Shown here piece after piece: positions 36,641 through 45,627 of a stretch of DNA of 64,000 nt. Numbering within the stretch: position 1 is the stretch's first letter; each line of letters opens with the position of its first letter. Origin of the DNA: an uncultured Pseudomonadota bacterium (lineage in GTDB: Bacteria; Pseudomonadota; Alphaproteobacteria; JACZXZ01); contig CAWJFP010000039.1 of assembly GCA_963842155.1 (NCBI GenBank), forward strand, positions 18,321-82,320, written 5' to 3'. The notes under the pieces were generated by a model. That model worked only from the letters and a program-made list of their open reading frames with translations. It searched no databases and was not told where the DNA came from. A program made the translations under genes and the position numbers.

Positions 36641-36785
36641 ACGATCCGATCAGGTCGAAGCACGTACCCCCTCACCCAGCTTCGGGTAAGGCTCGGCTTC
36701 GCCTCGCCAACCCTTCACAACCCTCTCCCCCCGTTGGGGGGAGAGGGTAGGGTGAGGGGGTGGCGATTCGGTCTGATCGGATCCC
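36641..36785. repeat. MITE/REP-like palindromic element, copy 2 (inverted relative to copy 1)
   Basis: Core ccctcacccagcttcgggtaaggctcggcttcgcctcgccaaccc...ccctctccccccgttggggggagagggtagggtgaggggg. It is bounded by gatccgatcagg / tctgatcggatcc inverted ends. Confidence 0.8.
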
Positions 36786-36808
36786 GCTCTAGGAAGCGCC
36801 GCACGCCC

Positions 36809-38395
36809 CTAAAAACTCAGCGCGCGGACCTTGATGATATTGGGGAGCCGCTCGACCAGCGCGACGAGCGCCGGCGGAATCGGCTGGTCGAGCTGCACCA
36901 GCGCTATGGCCTCGCCGCCGGCCTGGGCGCGGCCGAGATGGAAGGTCGCGATATTGATGCCTGCTTCGGCGAGCGCATGGCCGAGATTGCCGACAAAGCC
37001 CGGCCGGTCCAGGTTGCGCACATAGAGCATATGCGGCCCGAGCTCGGCCTCGACCGGGATGCCGTTGATCTGCACGATGCGCGGCCGGCTGCCGCCGAAG
37101 AGGGTGCCCGAGATCCAGCGCGTATGGTCCTCGTTCTCGACCGTCACGGTGATGAGGGTCTGGTAGTCGGGCGTCGTGTCGCTCTTCTCCTCGCGCACGG
37201 CGATGCCGCGGTCGCGCGCGATCTGCGGCGCGTTCACCATGTTCACCGTCTCGAGCGAGCGCTTGAACAGGCCCTGCAGGATGACCGCGTTGATGGGGCG
37301 CGTATCGAGCTCGGCGACATGGCCGGCATAGGCGACGTTGACCGCCTTGGGCGCCGTGTCGGCGAGCTGGCCGAGCAAGCCGCCGAGCTGCTCGGCGAGC
37401 GTCATATAGGGCTTCAACAGCGGCGCCTGCTCGGGGCTGATCGAGGGCGTGTTGACGGAGTTGACCACCGCGCCCGCGAGGAGGAAATCCGCCATCTGCT
37501 CGGCCACCTGGATGGCGACGTTCTCCTGTGCCTCCTCGGTCGAGGCGCCGAGATGGGGCGTGGCCACGAAGCCGGCGACGCCGAAGAGCGGATTCTCCTT
37601 GGCGGGCTCGGTCTCGAACACGTCGAAGGCCGCACCCGCCACCTGGCCCGAGAGCAGCGCCTCCTTGAGCGCCGCCTCGTCGATCAGCCCGCCGCGCGCG
37701 CAATTGACGATGCGCACGCCCTTTTTCATGACGGCGAGCGTCTCGCGATTGATCATCAGCCGCGTCTCGTTGGTGAGCGGCACATGGAGCGTGATCAGGT
37801 CGGCGCGGCGGAAGAGCTCGGCCAGCTCGACCCGCTCGACGGAGAGCGAGGCGGCGCGCTGCGGCAAGAGGAAGGGATCGTAGGCGATCACCTTCATATG
37901 CAGGCCGCGCGCGCGGTCGGCCACGATCGAGCCGATATTGCCGCAGCCGATGATGCCGAGCGTCTTGCCGGTGAGCTCGACCCCCATGAACCTGCTCTTC
38001 TCCCATTTGCCGGCCTGCGTCGAGCGGTCAGCCTCGGGGATCTGGCGGGCGAGCGCGAACATGAGGGCGAGCGCATGCTCGGCCGTGGTGACGGCGTTGC
38101 CGTAGGGCGTGTTCATCACCACCACGCCGCGCTGGGTCGCGGCGGCGAGATCGATATTGTCGACGCCGATGCCGGCGCGTCCCACCACCTTGAGCCGGCT
38201 CGCCGCCTCGATCACCTTGGCGGTGACCTTGGTGGCCGAGCGCACGGCGAGCCCGTCATAGGCGGGAATGGCGGCCACGAGCTCGGGCTCCTTGAGGCCG
38301 GTCTTCACCTCGACGGCGATGCCGCGCTCCTGGAAGATCTCGACCGAGCGCGGGCTGAGCTTGTCGGCGATGAGAACGCTGGGGCTCGCAACCAT
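36809..38395 (-). CDS. serA: D-3-phosphoglycerate dehydrogenase
   Basis: 528 aa with NAD motif GIIGCGNIGS, catalytic RG..D / H, and a C-terminal ACT domain. Confidence 0.95.
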   Translation of the reverse strand: MVASPSVLIADKLSPRSVEIFQERGIAVEVKTGLKEPELVAAIPAYDGLAVRSATKVTAKVIEAASRLKVVGRAGIGVDNIDLAAATQRGVVVMNTPYGNAVTTAEHALALMFALARQIPEADRSTQAGKWEKSRFMGVELTGKTLGIIGCGNIGSIVADRARGLHMKVIAYDPFLLPQRAASLSVERVELAELFRRADLITLHVPLTNETRLMINRETLAVMKKGVRIVNCARGGLIDEAALKEALLSGQVAGAAFDVFETEPAKENPLFGVAGFVATPHLGASTEEAQENVAIQVAEQMADFLLAGAVVNSVNTPSISPEQAPLLKPYMTLAEQLGGLLGQLADTAPKAVNVAYAGHVAELDTRPINAVILQGLFKRSLETVNMVNAPQIARDRGIAVREEKSDTTPDYQTLITVTVENEDHTRWISGTLFGGSRPRIVQINGIPVEAELGPHMLYVRNLDRPGFVGNLGHALAEAGINIATFHLGRAQAGGEAIALVQLDQPIPPALVALVERLPNIIKVRALSF

Positions 38396-38415
38396 GGGGG
38401 TCTCGCTGCTGGGGG

Positions 38416-39579
38416 TCAGGCGGCGGCCACGAGCTCGGCGCGCACCGTCTCGAAGGCCCAGTCGAGCCAGGGGAAGAGCGCGTCGAGATCCGCGCGCTCG
38501 ATGGTGGCGCCGCCCCAGATACGCAAGCCGGGCGGCGCATCGCGATAGGCGTTGATGTCGTAGGCCACGCCCTCGCTCTCCAGCAGGTCGGCGAGCTTCC
38601 TCGCCACCGCGGCCTGGCCGTCATGCGGCAGGGCCTCGATCACGGGATCGGCGAAGGCGAGGCAGACGGAGGTGGAGGAGCGCGTCTTGGGCTCCTTGGC
38701 GAGGAACTCGATCCAGGGCGTGCGCGCGACCCAGGCGGCGATCGCGGCGAGATTGGCCTCCGAGCGGGCGATGAGCGCCTTGAGCCCGCCGATGCGCGCG
38801 GCCCAATCGAGCCCGTCGAGCGCGTCGGCCACGCACAGCATCGAGGGCGTATTGATCGTCTCGCCCTTGAAGATCGCCTCGGCGAGCTTGCCCCCCTTGG
38901 CGAGGCGGAAGATCTTGGGGATCGGCCAGGCCGGCTCATGGCTCTCGAGCCGCGCGACCGCGCGGGGCCCGAGGATGAGCATGCCGTGCTGCGCCTCGCC
39001 GCCCAGGACCTTCTGCCAGGAATAGGTCACGACGTCGAGCTTGCTCCAGGGCAGCTCCATGGCGAAGGCGGCGGAGGTGGCGTCGCAGATGACGAGCCCC
39101 TCGCGCCCGTCGGGGATCCAGTCGCCGTCGGGCACGCGCACGCCCGAGGTCGTGCCGTTCCAGGTGAAGACCACATCGCGCGCGAAATCGACTTGGCCGA
39201 GCTCGGGCAGCTCGCCATAAGGCGCTTCGATGACGCGTAGATCCTTGAGCTTGAGCTCCTTGGCGGCGTCGCTCGCCCAGCCCTTGCCGAAGCTCTCCCA
39301 GGCCAGCACATCGACCCGGCGCGGGCCCAGCAGCGACCACAGGGCCATCTCGACCGCACCCGTGTCGGAGGCGGGCACGATGCCGATGCGATAGTCGCGC
39401 GGCAGACCGAGCAAAGCGCGGCTCTTCTCGATCACCTCGACGAGCCGCGCCTTGCCTTGCTTGGAGCGGTGCGAACGGCCGACCAGCGCGCCGGCGAGCG
39501 CGTCGGGCGTCCAGCCTGGGCGCTTGGCGCAAGGGCCGGAGGAGAAATGGCCGTTGCGCGGCCGCAAGGTAGGCTTCAT
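38416..39579 (-). CDS. serC: Phosphoserine aminotransferase
   Basis: ATG 39579 ([23 protein letters not shown]...). Class V aminotransferase with Lys context [10 protein letters not shown]. Sits upstream of serA. Confidence 0.9.
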   Translation of the reverse strand: MKPTLRPRNGHFSSGPCAKRPGWTPDALAGALVGRSHRSKQGKARLVEVIEKSRALLGLPRDYRIGIVPASDTGAVEMALWSLLGPRRVDVLAWESFGKGWASDAAKELKLKDLRVIEAPYGELPELGQVDFARDVVFTWNGTTSGVRVPDGDWIPDGREGLVICDATSAAFAMELPWSKLDVVTYSWQKVLGGEAQHGMLILGPRAVARLESHEPAWPIPKIFRLAKGGKLAEAIFKGETINTPSMLCVADALDGLDWAARIGGLKALIARSEANLAAIAAWVARTPWIEFLAKEPKTRSSTSVCLAFADPVIEALPHDGQAAVARKLADLLESEGVAYDINAYRDAPPGLRIWGGATIERADLDALFPWLDWAFETVRAELVAAA

Positions 39580-39782
39580 CGCAGGACTTCCCGTCGCATG
39601 TGAGGGGGGCGGCGCACCGACCCTTTTGAGGAGGGCGGAGTGTATGTGGCCGCGCGCGGTCTCGTCAACGCAGGGCCGCGAGCGGCAGCGCTTGCGCCGC
39701 GAAGATAATAAGGAGGGCGGCGACGAGGCCAATCACCAGCCCGACATCGCCGCCCGCGAGATGCGTCGCGAAAGATTAAGAC

Positions 39783-40205
39783 CTAGGCAACCCGCGAAGG
39801 ATGATGGGGACGCCTGTTCTCGTTCACCGCCAGGGGCCGGCGCGCGGTCTCCGCCGCATCGAACCGGCCCGGACCGGGGGGCTTGCCGGCCGCGATATAG
39901 GGTATCTCGCCCGGCGTGACGCCGAGATCGGCGAGTTCCCGGTCGCTTAGCATGGAGAGCTCGCGGATCATGCGCTCGCGCTCGAGCCAGCGCCGCAGTG
40001 GCTCGACGACGAGCTTGTGGGCGAGCCAGGCGACGCCATGGAGGAAGAAGGCGGCGAGGGCCTTCGCCGTCGCCGCATCGCGCTGGGCGCGGGCCGCCCG
40101 CAGGACGGCATCCTCCGCCAAGAGCCGCGGCGCCGTCCAGCGGTCCGGCTCGGCCAAGGGCCGCACGGGCGATTCGATCGCCTTCGGCTTGGTGATGATC
40201 GACAT
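39783..40205 (-). CDS. DUF1127 domain protein (long form)
   Basis: RRWLERERMIRELSMLSDRELADLGVTPGEIPYIA is the DUF1127 signature. Divergent from a LysR gene. Confidence 0.75.
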   Translation of the reverse strand: MSIITKPKAIESPVRPLAEPDRWTAPRLLAEDAVLRAARAQRDAATAKALAAFFLHGVAWLAHKLVVEPLRRWLERERMIRELSMLSDRELADLGVTPGEIPYIAAGKPPGPGRFDAAETARRPLAVNENRRPHHPSRVA

Positions 40206-40422
40206 GGCTGAACTCCTTCCTTTTCCGTCGGCGTTGATCCTGAGCTTGCCCCGGCCGCGTCATCAAAAGTTACGGTTTATACCGCAGTGCAACAACCGAT
40301 GCTTCGACATGAACATGATGAGAAAAAGACATAGCTCGGTTTTTCAAAAAGTCGAATCGGCGCTTGTCATCGGTTATATAACGCCTTAGGATGCATGAAA
40401 AAATCTCATGGAGGAGAAGCTC

Positions 40423-41349
40423 ATGACGAGGCGCTTGCCGCCGCTCAATGCCTTGCGGGCCTTCGAGGCGGCCGCAAGGCTGATGAGCTTCACCCGCGCC
40501 GCGGAGGAGCTCGAGATCACCCCCTCGGCGGTGAGCCACCAGATCCGCGGGCTCGAGCGCTATCTCGGCTTGCGCCTGTTCCGGCGCGCCAATCGCACCC
40601 TCATGCTGAGCGACGAGGGGCAGAATTACCTGCCCGCCTTGCGCGAGGCCTTCGACATGATCCACGCGGCGACGACGCGGCTCGGCGCGCGTCAGGCCGG
40701 CGGCACGCTCACCGTGAGCCTGCTATCGAGCTTCGCCGTGCGTTGGCTCATTCCGCGCCTGCCGCGCTTTCAGCTGCTGCATCCCGAGATCGAGGTGCGT
40801 CTCTCGACCTCGACGCGGCTGGTCGATTTCCGGCGCGAGGACGTCGATTGCGCGATCCGCTACGGGGCGGGAAGCTGGCCCGGCCTCGCCGCCGACCGGC
40901 TGCTCTCGGAAGACATCTTCCCCGTGGCGAGCCCGCGCCTTCTGCGCGGGCCCTGGCCGCTCAAGGAGCCGCGCGATCTCGCCCACCACAGCTTGCTGCA
41001 TACCATGTCCTGGCGCGAGGGCTGGCGCCAATGGCTGACGGCGGCGGGGCTGGCGGGCGCAGCGCTGGGCGAGATCGATCCCGAGCGCGGCCCGCAATTC
41101 GAGACCTCGGACCTGGCGCTCGCCGCCGCCGCCGAGGGGCTCGGCGTCGCCATGGGGCGCACGGCGTTGGTGGCCGACGATCTGCGCTCGGGCCGGCTGG
41201 TGGCCCCCTTCGACGTGCGCCTCGCCTCCGACAGCGCCTATTACCTGGTGACCCCGGACGACCGCCGCGACCAGAGCAAGATCGCCGATTTCCGCGCCTG
41301 GCTCCTCTCCGAGGTGGCGCGCGGGCGGCAGCTCATCGAGGCCGCGTAG
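40423..41349 (+). CDS. LysR family transcriptional regulator (GcvA-like)
   Basis: MTRRLPPLNALRAFEAAARLMSFTRAAEELEITPSAVSHQIRGLE. RBS ggaggag 6 nt upstream of ATG 40423; the ORF opens at 40408. Confidence 0.9.
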   Translation: MTRRLPPLNALRAFEAAARLMSFTRAAEELEITPSAVSHQIRGLERYLGLRLFRRANRTLMLSDEGQNYLPALREAFDMIHAATTRLGARQAGGTLTVSLLSSFAVRWLIPRLPRFQLLHPEIEVRLSTSTRLVDFRREDVDCAIRYGAGSWPGLAADRLLSEDIFPVASPRLLRGPWPLKEPRDLAHHSLLHTMSWREGWRQWLTAAGLAGAALGEIDPERGPQFETSDLALAAAAEGLGVAMGRTALVADDLRSGRLVAPFDVRLASDSAYYLVTPDDRRDQSKIADFRAWLLSEVARGRQLIEAA

Positions 41350-41356
41350 CGGGACG

Positions 41357-42415
41357 CTATAAGGCGGAGGCGATCGCCTCGCCCATCTCGCTCGTCGTGG
41401 CCTTCCCTCCCATGTCGCGGGTGCGGAGATCGCTTTCCGCCAGCACCTTCTCGATGGCGCGCTCGATGGCGCGCGCGGCGCTTTGCTGGCCCAGATGATC
41501 GAGCATCATGGCACCCGACCAGATCTGGCCGATGGGATTGGCGATGCCCTGCCCCGCGATGTCGGGTGCCGAGCCATGCACCGGCTCGAAGCAGGAGGGA
41601 TGCTCGCGTTCGGGATTGATGTTGGCGCCGGGTGCTATGGCGATGGTGCCGGTCACCGCCGGCCCGAGATCGGAGAGGATGTCGCCGAAGAGATTGCTCC
41701 CCACCACCACGTCGAACCAGTCGGGATGGAGCACGAAATGCGCCGTCAGGATGTCGATGTGATATTGGTCGGTGCGCACGTCTGGATATTGCGCCGCGAT
41801 CGCGCGGAAGCGCTCGTCCCAGAAGGGCATGGTGTGCTTGATGCCGTTGGATTTGGTGGCCGAGGTGAGATGCTTCGCCGGCCGGCTCTGCGCGAGCTCG
41901 AAGGCGTAGCGCATGATGCGGTCCGTGCCCTTGCGGGTGAAGCTCGACTGCTGGACGCAGATCTCGTCCTCCGTGCCGTCATAGAGCCGGCCGCCGATGT
42001 CGGAATATTCCCCCTCGTTGTTCTCGCGCACGATCATGAAGTCGATCTCGCCCGGCTTGCGGTCGCGCAAGGGCGAGCGCACGCCCGCGAGCAGCCGCAC
42101 CGGACGAAGATTGACATATTGCCGGAAGCCGCGGCGGATCGGGATCAGCAGGCCCCACAGCGAGATATGGTCGGGCACGCCGGGATAGCCGACGGCGCCG
42201 AGATAGATCGCGTCATGGCCCTGGAGCTGCTCGAGCCCGTCCGCGGGCATCATGCGCCCGCTCCTCTTGTAGAGCTCGCAGCTCCAGGGGAAATAGCTCC
42301 AGGCGAATTCGATGCCGTAGCGGCGTCCCACCGCCTCCAGGAGCCTGATCCCCTCGGGCACCACCTCGTTGCCGATGCCGTCGCCCGGAATCACGGCAAT
42401 GCTGAATTTCGCCAC
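41357..42415 (-). CDS. Tartrate dehydrogenase / isopropylmalate-isocitrate dehydrogenase family
   Basis: MAKFSIAVIPGDGIGNEVVPEG..., with family motifs NLFGDILSDL and GSAPDIAGQGIANP. Confidence 0.88.
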   Translation of the reverse strand: MAKFSIAVIPGDGIGNEVVPEGIRLLEAVGRRYGIEFAWSYFPWSCELYKRSGRMMPADGLEQLQGHDAIYLGAVGYPGVPDHISLWGLLIPIRRGFRQYVNLRPVRLLAGVRSPLRDRKPGEIDFMIVRENNEGEYSDIGGRLYDGTEDEICVQQSSFTRKGTDRIMRYAFELAQSRPAKHLTSATKSNGIKHTMPFWDERFRAIAAQYPDVRTDQYHIDILTAHFVLHPDWFDVVVGSNLFGDILSDLGPAVTGTIAIAPGANINPEREHPSCFEPVHGSAPDIAGQGIANPIGQIWSGAMMLDHLGQQSAARAIERAIEKVLAESDLRTRDMGGKATTSEMGEAIASAL

Positions 42416-42528
42416 CGCACTCCTCCCCCAAGATGCGCCAGCCGGTATAGCATGAGAGGTCGCGCCCGCCCATGGCGGCGAGACCCTGGAGGCGGAACGG
42501 GTGGCCAGCAGCGAAGGGAGGCAGTCGC

Positions 42529-43389
42529 ATGAGCGAGAGCCAGAGCGAGAAGGCGCGAAAATTCCGTGCGCTGCATGAGCGGGGCGAAGCCTTCGTCATT
42601 CCCAATCCTTGGGATGCCGGCTCCGCGCGCATCCTCGCAGCGTTGGGCTACGAGGCGTTGGCGACGACGAGCGCGGGCTTCGCCTTCACGCTCGGCCGGC
42701 GCGACGGGGCGGTGACGCGCGACGAGGTGCTCGCCCATTGCCGCTCGATCGTGGCGGCGAGCGAGCTGCCCGTCTCCGCCGACCTCGAGAATTGCTTCGG
42801 GGCCGCGCCCAAGACGGTCGCCGAGACCATCCGGCTCGCCGCCGGCACGGGCCTCGTGGGCGGCTCGGTCGAGGATGCGAGCGGCGACAAGCGCCAGCCC
42901 ATTTACGACCATGCGCATGCCGTCGAGCGCGTGGCGGCGGCGGCCGAGGCCGCGCGATCCTTGCCCTTCCCCTTCACGCTTACGGCGCGGGCGGAGAATT
43001 TCCTCCATGGCCGCGCGGACCTCGAGGACACGATCCGGCGGCTTCAGGCCTTCGCCGCCGCCGGCGCCGACGTGCTGTTCGCGCCGGGCCTGCCGAGCCT
43101 CGAGGCGATCGAGGTGGTCTGCAAAGCCGTGGCGCCGCGCCCGGTCAACGTGCTTGCCGGCCGCGCCGGGCCGATCACGGTCGCCAGCCTCTCCGCGGCG
43201 GGCGTGCGCCGGATCAGCCTCGGCGGCGGATTGTCCCGCGCAGCGCTCGGCGCCTTCCTGCGCGCGGCGCGCGAGATCAAGGAGAAGGGCAGCTTCACCT
43301 TCCTCGACGAGGCGGCCGGCTATGCCGAGATCGGCGGCTTCATGGCGGGGAAATCGAGACGCCGCCACTTACGCCTAGGGAGACTCTGA
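42529..43389 (+). CDS. Isocitrate lyase / PEP mutase family protein
   Basis: ATG 42529 after gaagggagg. FRALHERGEAFVIPNPWDAGSARILAALGYEALATTSAG is typical of the family. Confidence 0.85.
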   Translation: MSESQSEKARKFRALHERGEAFVIPNPWDAGSARILAALGYEALATTSAGFAFTLGRRDGAVTRDEVLAHCRSIVAASELPVSADLENCFGAAPKTVAETIRLAAGTGLVGGSVEDASGDKRQPIYDHAHAVERVAAAAEAARSLPFPFTLTARAENFLHGRADLEDTIRRLQAFAAAGADVLFAPGLPSLEAIEVVCKAVAPRPVNVLAGRAGPITVASLSAAGVRRISLGGGLSRAALGAFLRAAREIKEKGSFTFLDEAAGYAEIGGFMAGKSRRRHLRLGRL

Positions 43390-43409
43390 TCGCGTCGAAC
43401 CAGCCTGAT

Positions 43410-43469
43410 CGTCACCCCCGCGAAAGCGGGGGTCCAGGGCCCTCGATTCCCGCTTACGCGGGAATGACG
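43410..43469. repeat. REP pair (two inverted ~30-nt hairpin units)
   Basis: cgtcacccccgcgaaagcgggggtccaggg followed by its inverted relative ccctcgattcccgcttacgcgggaatgacg. The same family occurs at 48394..48454. Confidence 0.8.
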
Positions 43470-43506
43470 ATAGATTGTGGTCGATTGAACTCGATCGGAT
43501 CATGCT

Positions 43507-44034
43507 CTATCGCAAGGTAAGCTCGAAGAAGGCGGTTCCGGCGACCGGCGTCTCGTAATAGGCCGCGATGGGGCGGAAGCCGCGCGCGCGATAGAGCGCT
43601 ATCGCCGCCGCCATCCTGGCGGGAATGGTGTGGAGCCGCATGAACCGGTAGCCGGCGAGGCGCGCCTCGGCAATCACGCAATCGACCAGCGCCTCGCCGA
43701 TTTTCAGGCCGCGAAAGGCGGGGTCCACGTAAAGCCGCTTCATCTCGCAAATCTCGCTCGTCTCGCCGGTTGCCAACGCGAGCGGCCGCAACGCCACCAC
43801 GCCCGCCACGGCGGCCCCCTCCTTCGCCAGCAGAAGCCTGCCGCGCGGCAGTGCGTAAGCGCCGGGCAAGCCGGCAAGCTCCTCATCGAAGCCTTGGAAG
43901 CAAAGGCTGAAATCGAGCGTCGCGGCATAGGCGAGGAACAGCGCCCTTGCCGCGGCGATGTCCTCGGCGCCGGCGGCATCGCGGATGCGGATGGCTTCGC
44001 CGCTCGCTCCCGTGGCTTGGGGCGCTTTTGTCAT
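43507..44034 (-). CDS. GNAT family N-acetyltransferase
   Basis: ATG 44034 overlaps the phzF-like stop (ATGA). Acetyl-CoA motif is RGLKIGEALV. Confidence 0.85.
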   Translation of the reverse strand: MTKAPQATGASGEAIRIRDAAGAEDIAAARALFLAYAATLDFSLCFQGFDEELAGLPGAYALPRGRLLLAKEGAAVAGVVALRPLALATGETSEICEMKRLYVDPAFRGLKIGEALVDCVIAEARLAGYRFMRLHTIPARMAAAIALYRARGFRPIAAYYETPVAGTAFFELTLR

Positions 44035-44822
44035 AGCTCGATGCTGCCGGTCATGAAGGGCGCGCAGCGGCCGGCGATGCGGACGCGGGACCCGCGATCC
44101 TCGCACCAAATCTCGCCGCCGCGCCGCGACAGCTGGCGCGCGAAGAGCCGCTTCTCGCCAAGCCGCTCGGCCCAATAGGGGATGAGCTCGCAATGGGCCG
44201 AGCCGGTCACCGGATCCTCGTTGATGTCATGCTTCGGCGCGAAGAAGCGCGAGACGAAATCGGCGTCGCCGCCCGCCTTGCCCCGCGCGGTCGCGATGAG
44301 CCCGAGACCGTCCAGCGCCGCGACCTTGCCGAAGTCGGGCTCGAGCGCGCGCACCTCTTCCTCGCGCGCGAAGACGGCGAAAAGATCGCGCGCGGCGAGG
44401 AGCGCGTGCGGCCGCGCGCCGAGCGCCGCCGCGACGGCGTCGATGCCGGAAGCAGGCTTGGGCGGGGTCGCGGGGAAATCCATGGCCAGCCGCTCGCCCT
44501 CGCGCTCGACCGTGAGCATGCCCGATTTCCGCGTGTGGAAACGCACGGAGGGCCGCTGCGGCTCGAGCAGCTCGAGGATGACATAGGCGGTGGCCAAGGT
44601 GGGATGGCCGGCCAGGTCGATCTCGGCCACGGGCGTGAACCAGCGCAGCTCGAAATCCGCGCCGCGCGGGACGAAGAAGGCGGTCTCCGAGAGGTTGTTC
44701 TCGGTCGCGATCGACTGCATGACCGCGTCGTCGATCCAGCTTACGAGAGGGCAGACCGCCGCCGGATTGCCGCCGAAGACGCGCGCAGCGAAGGCATCGA
44801 CCTGGTAGAGTGGAATACGCAT
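44031..44822 (-). CDS. PhzF family isomerase
   Basis: MRIPLYQVDAFAARVFGGNPAAVCPL...NLSETAFF...DPVTGSAHC shows the PhzF/DAP-epimerase-like signature. Confidence 0.9.
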   Translation of the reverse strand: MRIPLYQVDAFAARVFGGNPAAVCPLVSWIDDAVMQSIATENNLSETAFFVPRGADFELRWFTPVAEIDLAGHPTLATAYVILELLEPQRPSVRFHTRKSGMLTVEREGERLAMDFPATPPKPASGIDAVAAALGARPHALLAARDLFAVFAREEEVRALEPDFGKVAALDGLGLIATARGKAGGDADFVSRFFAPKHDINEDPVTGSAHCELIPYWAERLGEKRLFARQLSRRGGEIWCEDRGSRVRIAGRCAPFMTGSIEL

Positions 44823-44897
44823 CAGCCGGTCTTTCGCAAGAGCGCGCGGATGCCGAAGCAGTTCTCGAACGTCGCCAGCCCGATCGTCATCCCGAGG

Positions 44898-45605
44898 CTA
44901 CTCCACGAACGCCAGATTGACCCGGCGGTTGCGCTTGCCCTTGCTCTCGATCTTGGTGACGAGAACCGGGCCGATCTCGCTCGTCGTCGCGACATGGGTG
45001 CCGCCGCAGGGCTGCAGGTCGACGCCGTCGATCTCGAGCAGTCGCACTCTTCCCTGCCCCACCGGCGGCTTGACCGACATGGTGCGCACCAGCTCGGGCT
45101 GGGCGGCAAGCTCCGCGTCGCTGATCCAGCGCACGCGCACCGCATGGTTCTCGGCCACGAGGCGATTGATCTCGGCGGCGATGCGCTCCTTGTCGAGCGG
45201 CTCGGGCGTATCGAAATCGAGCCTGCCCTTGCCGTCGCTGACCTGCCCGCCGGTGACGCCGGCCGCGACGACGGCGCTCAGCAGATGAAGACAGCTATGC
45301 ATCCGCATGAGACGATGGCGCCGCGCCCAGTCGATCTCGGCCGTCACACGCTCGCCTGCGCGCGGCAGAGGCGCGCCGGGCTCCGTCAGATGCAGGATCT
45401 CGCCCGGCGCCGCGCCCTTGCGCGTGTCGATCACGGCGATGCGCCGCCCGTCGGCGAGCGTCAGGCCGCCGATGTCGCCGGGCTGGCCGCCGCCCGCGGG
45501 ATAGAACACGGTGCGATCGAGCCTTATGCCCGCCTCGTCGGCCGCCACCACCACGGCCTCGCAAGCCCGGGCATAGTGATCGGCGCGGAACAGCTCCTCG
45601 GTCAT
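44898..45605 (-). CDS. Alanyl-tRNA editing protein (AlaX-M type)
   Basis: Zn motifs HSCLHLL and CGGTHV. ATG 45605 (MTEELFRADHY). Confidence 0.85.
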   Translation of the reverse strand: MTEELFRADHYARACEAVVVAADEAGIRLDRTVFYPAGGGQPGDIGGLTLADGRRIAVIDTRKGAAPGEILHLTEPGAPLPRAGERVTAEIDWARRHRLMRMHSCLHLLSAVVAAGVTGGQVSDGKGRLDFDTPEPLDKERIAAEINRLVAENHAVRVRWISDAELAAQPELVRTMSVKPPVGQGRVRLLEIDGVDLQPCGGTHVATTSEIGPVLVTKIESKGKRNRRVNLAFVE

Positions 45606-45627
45606 GCCTCCTCCCATTGAGCGCCGC

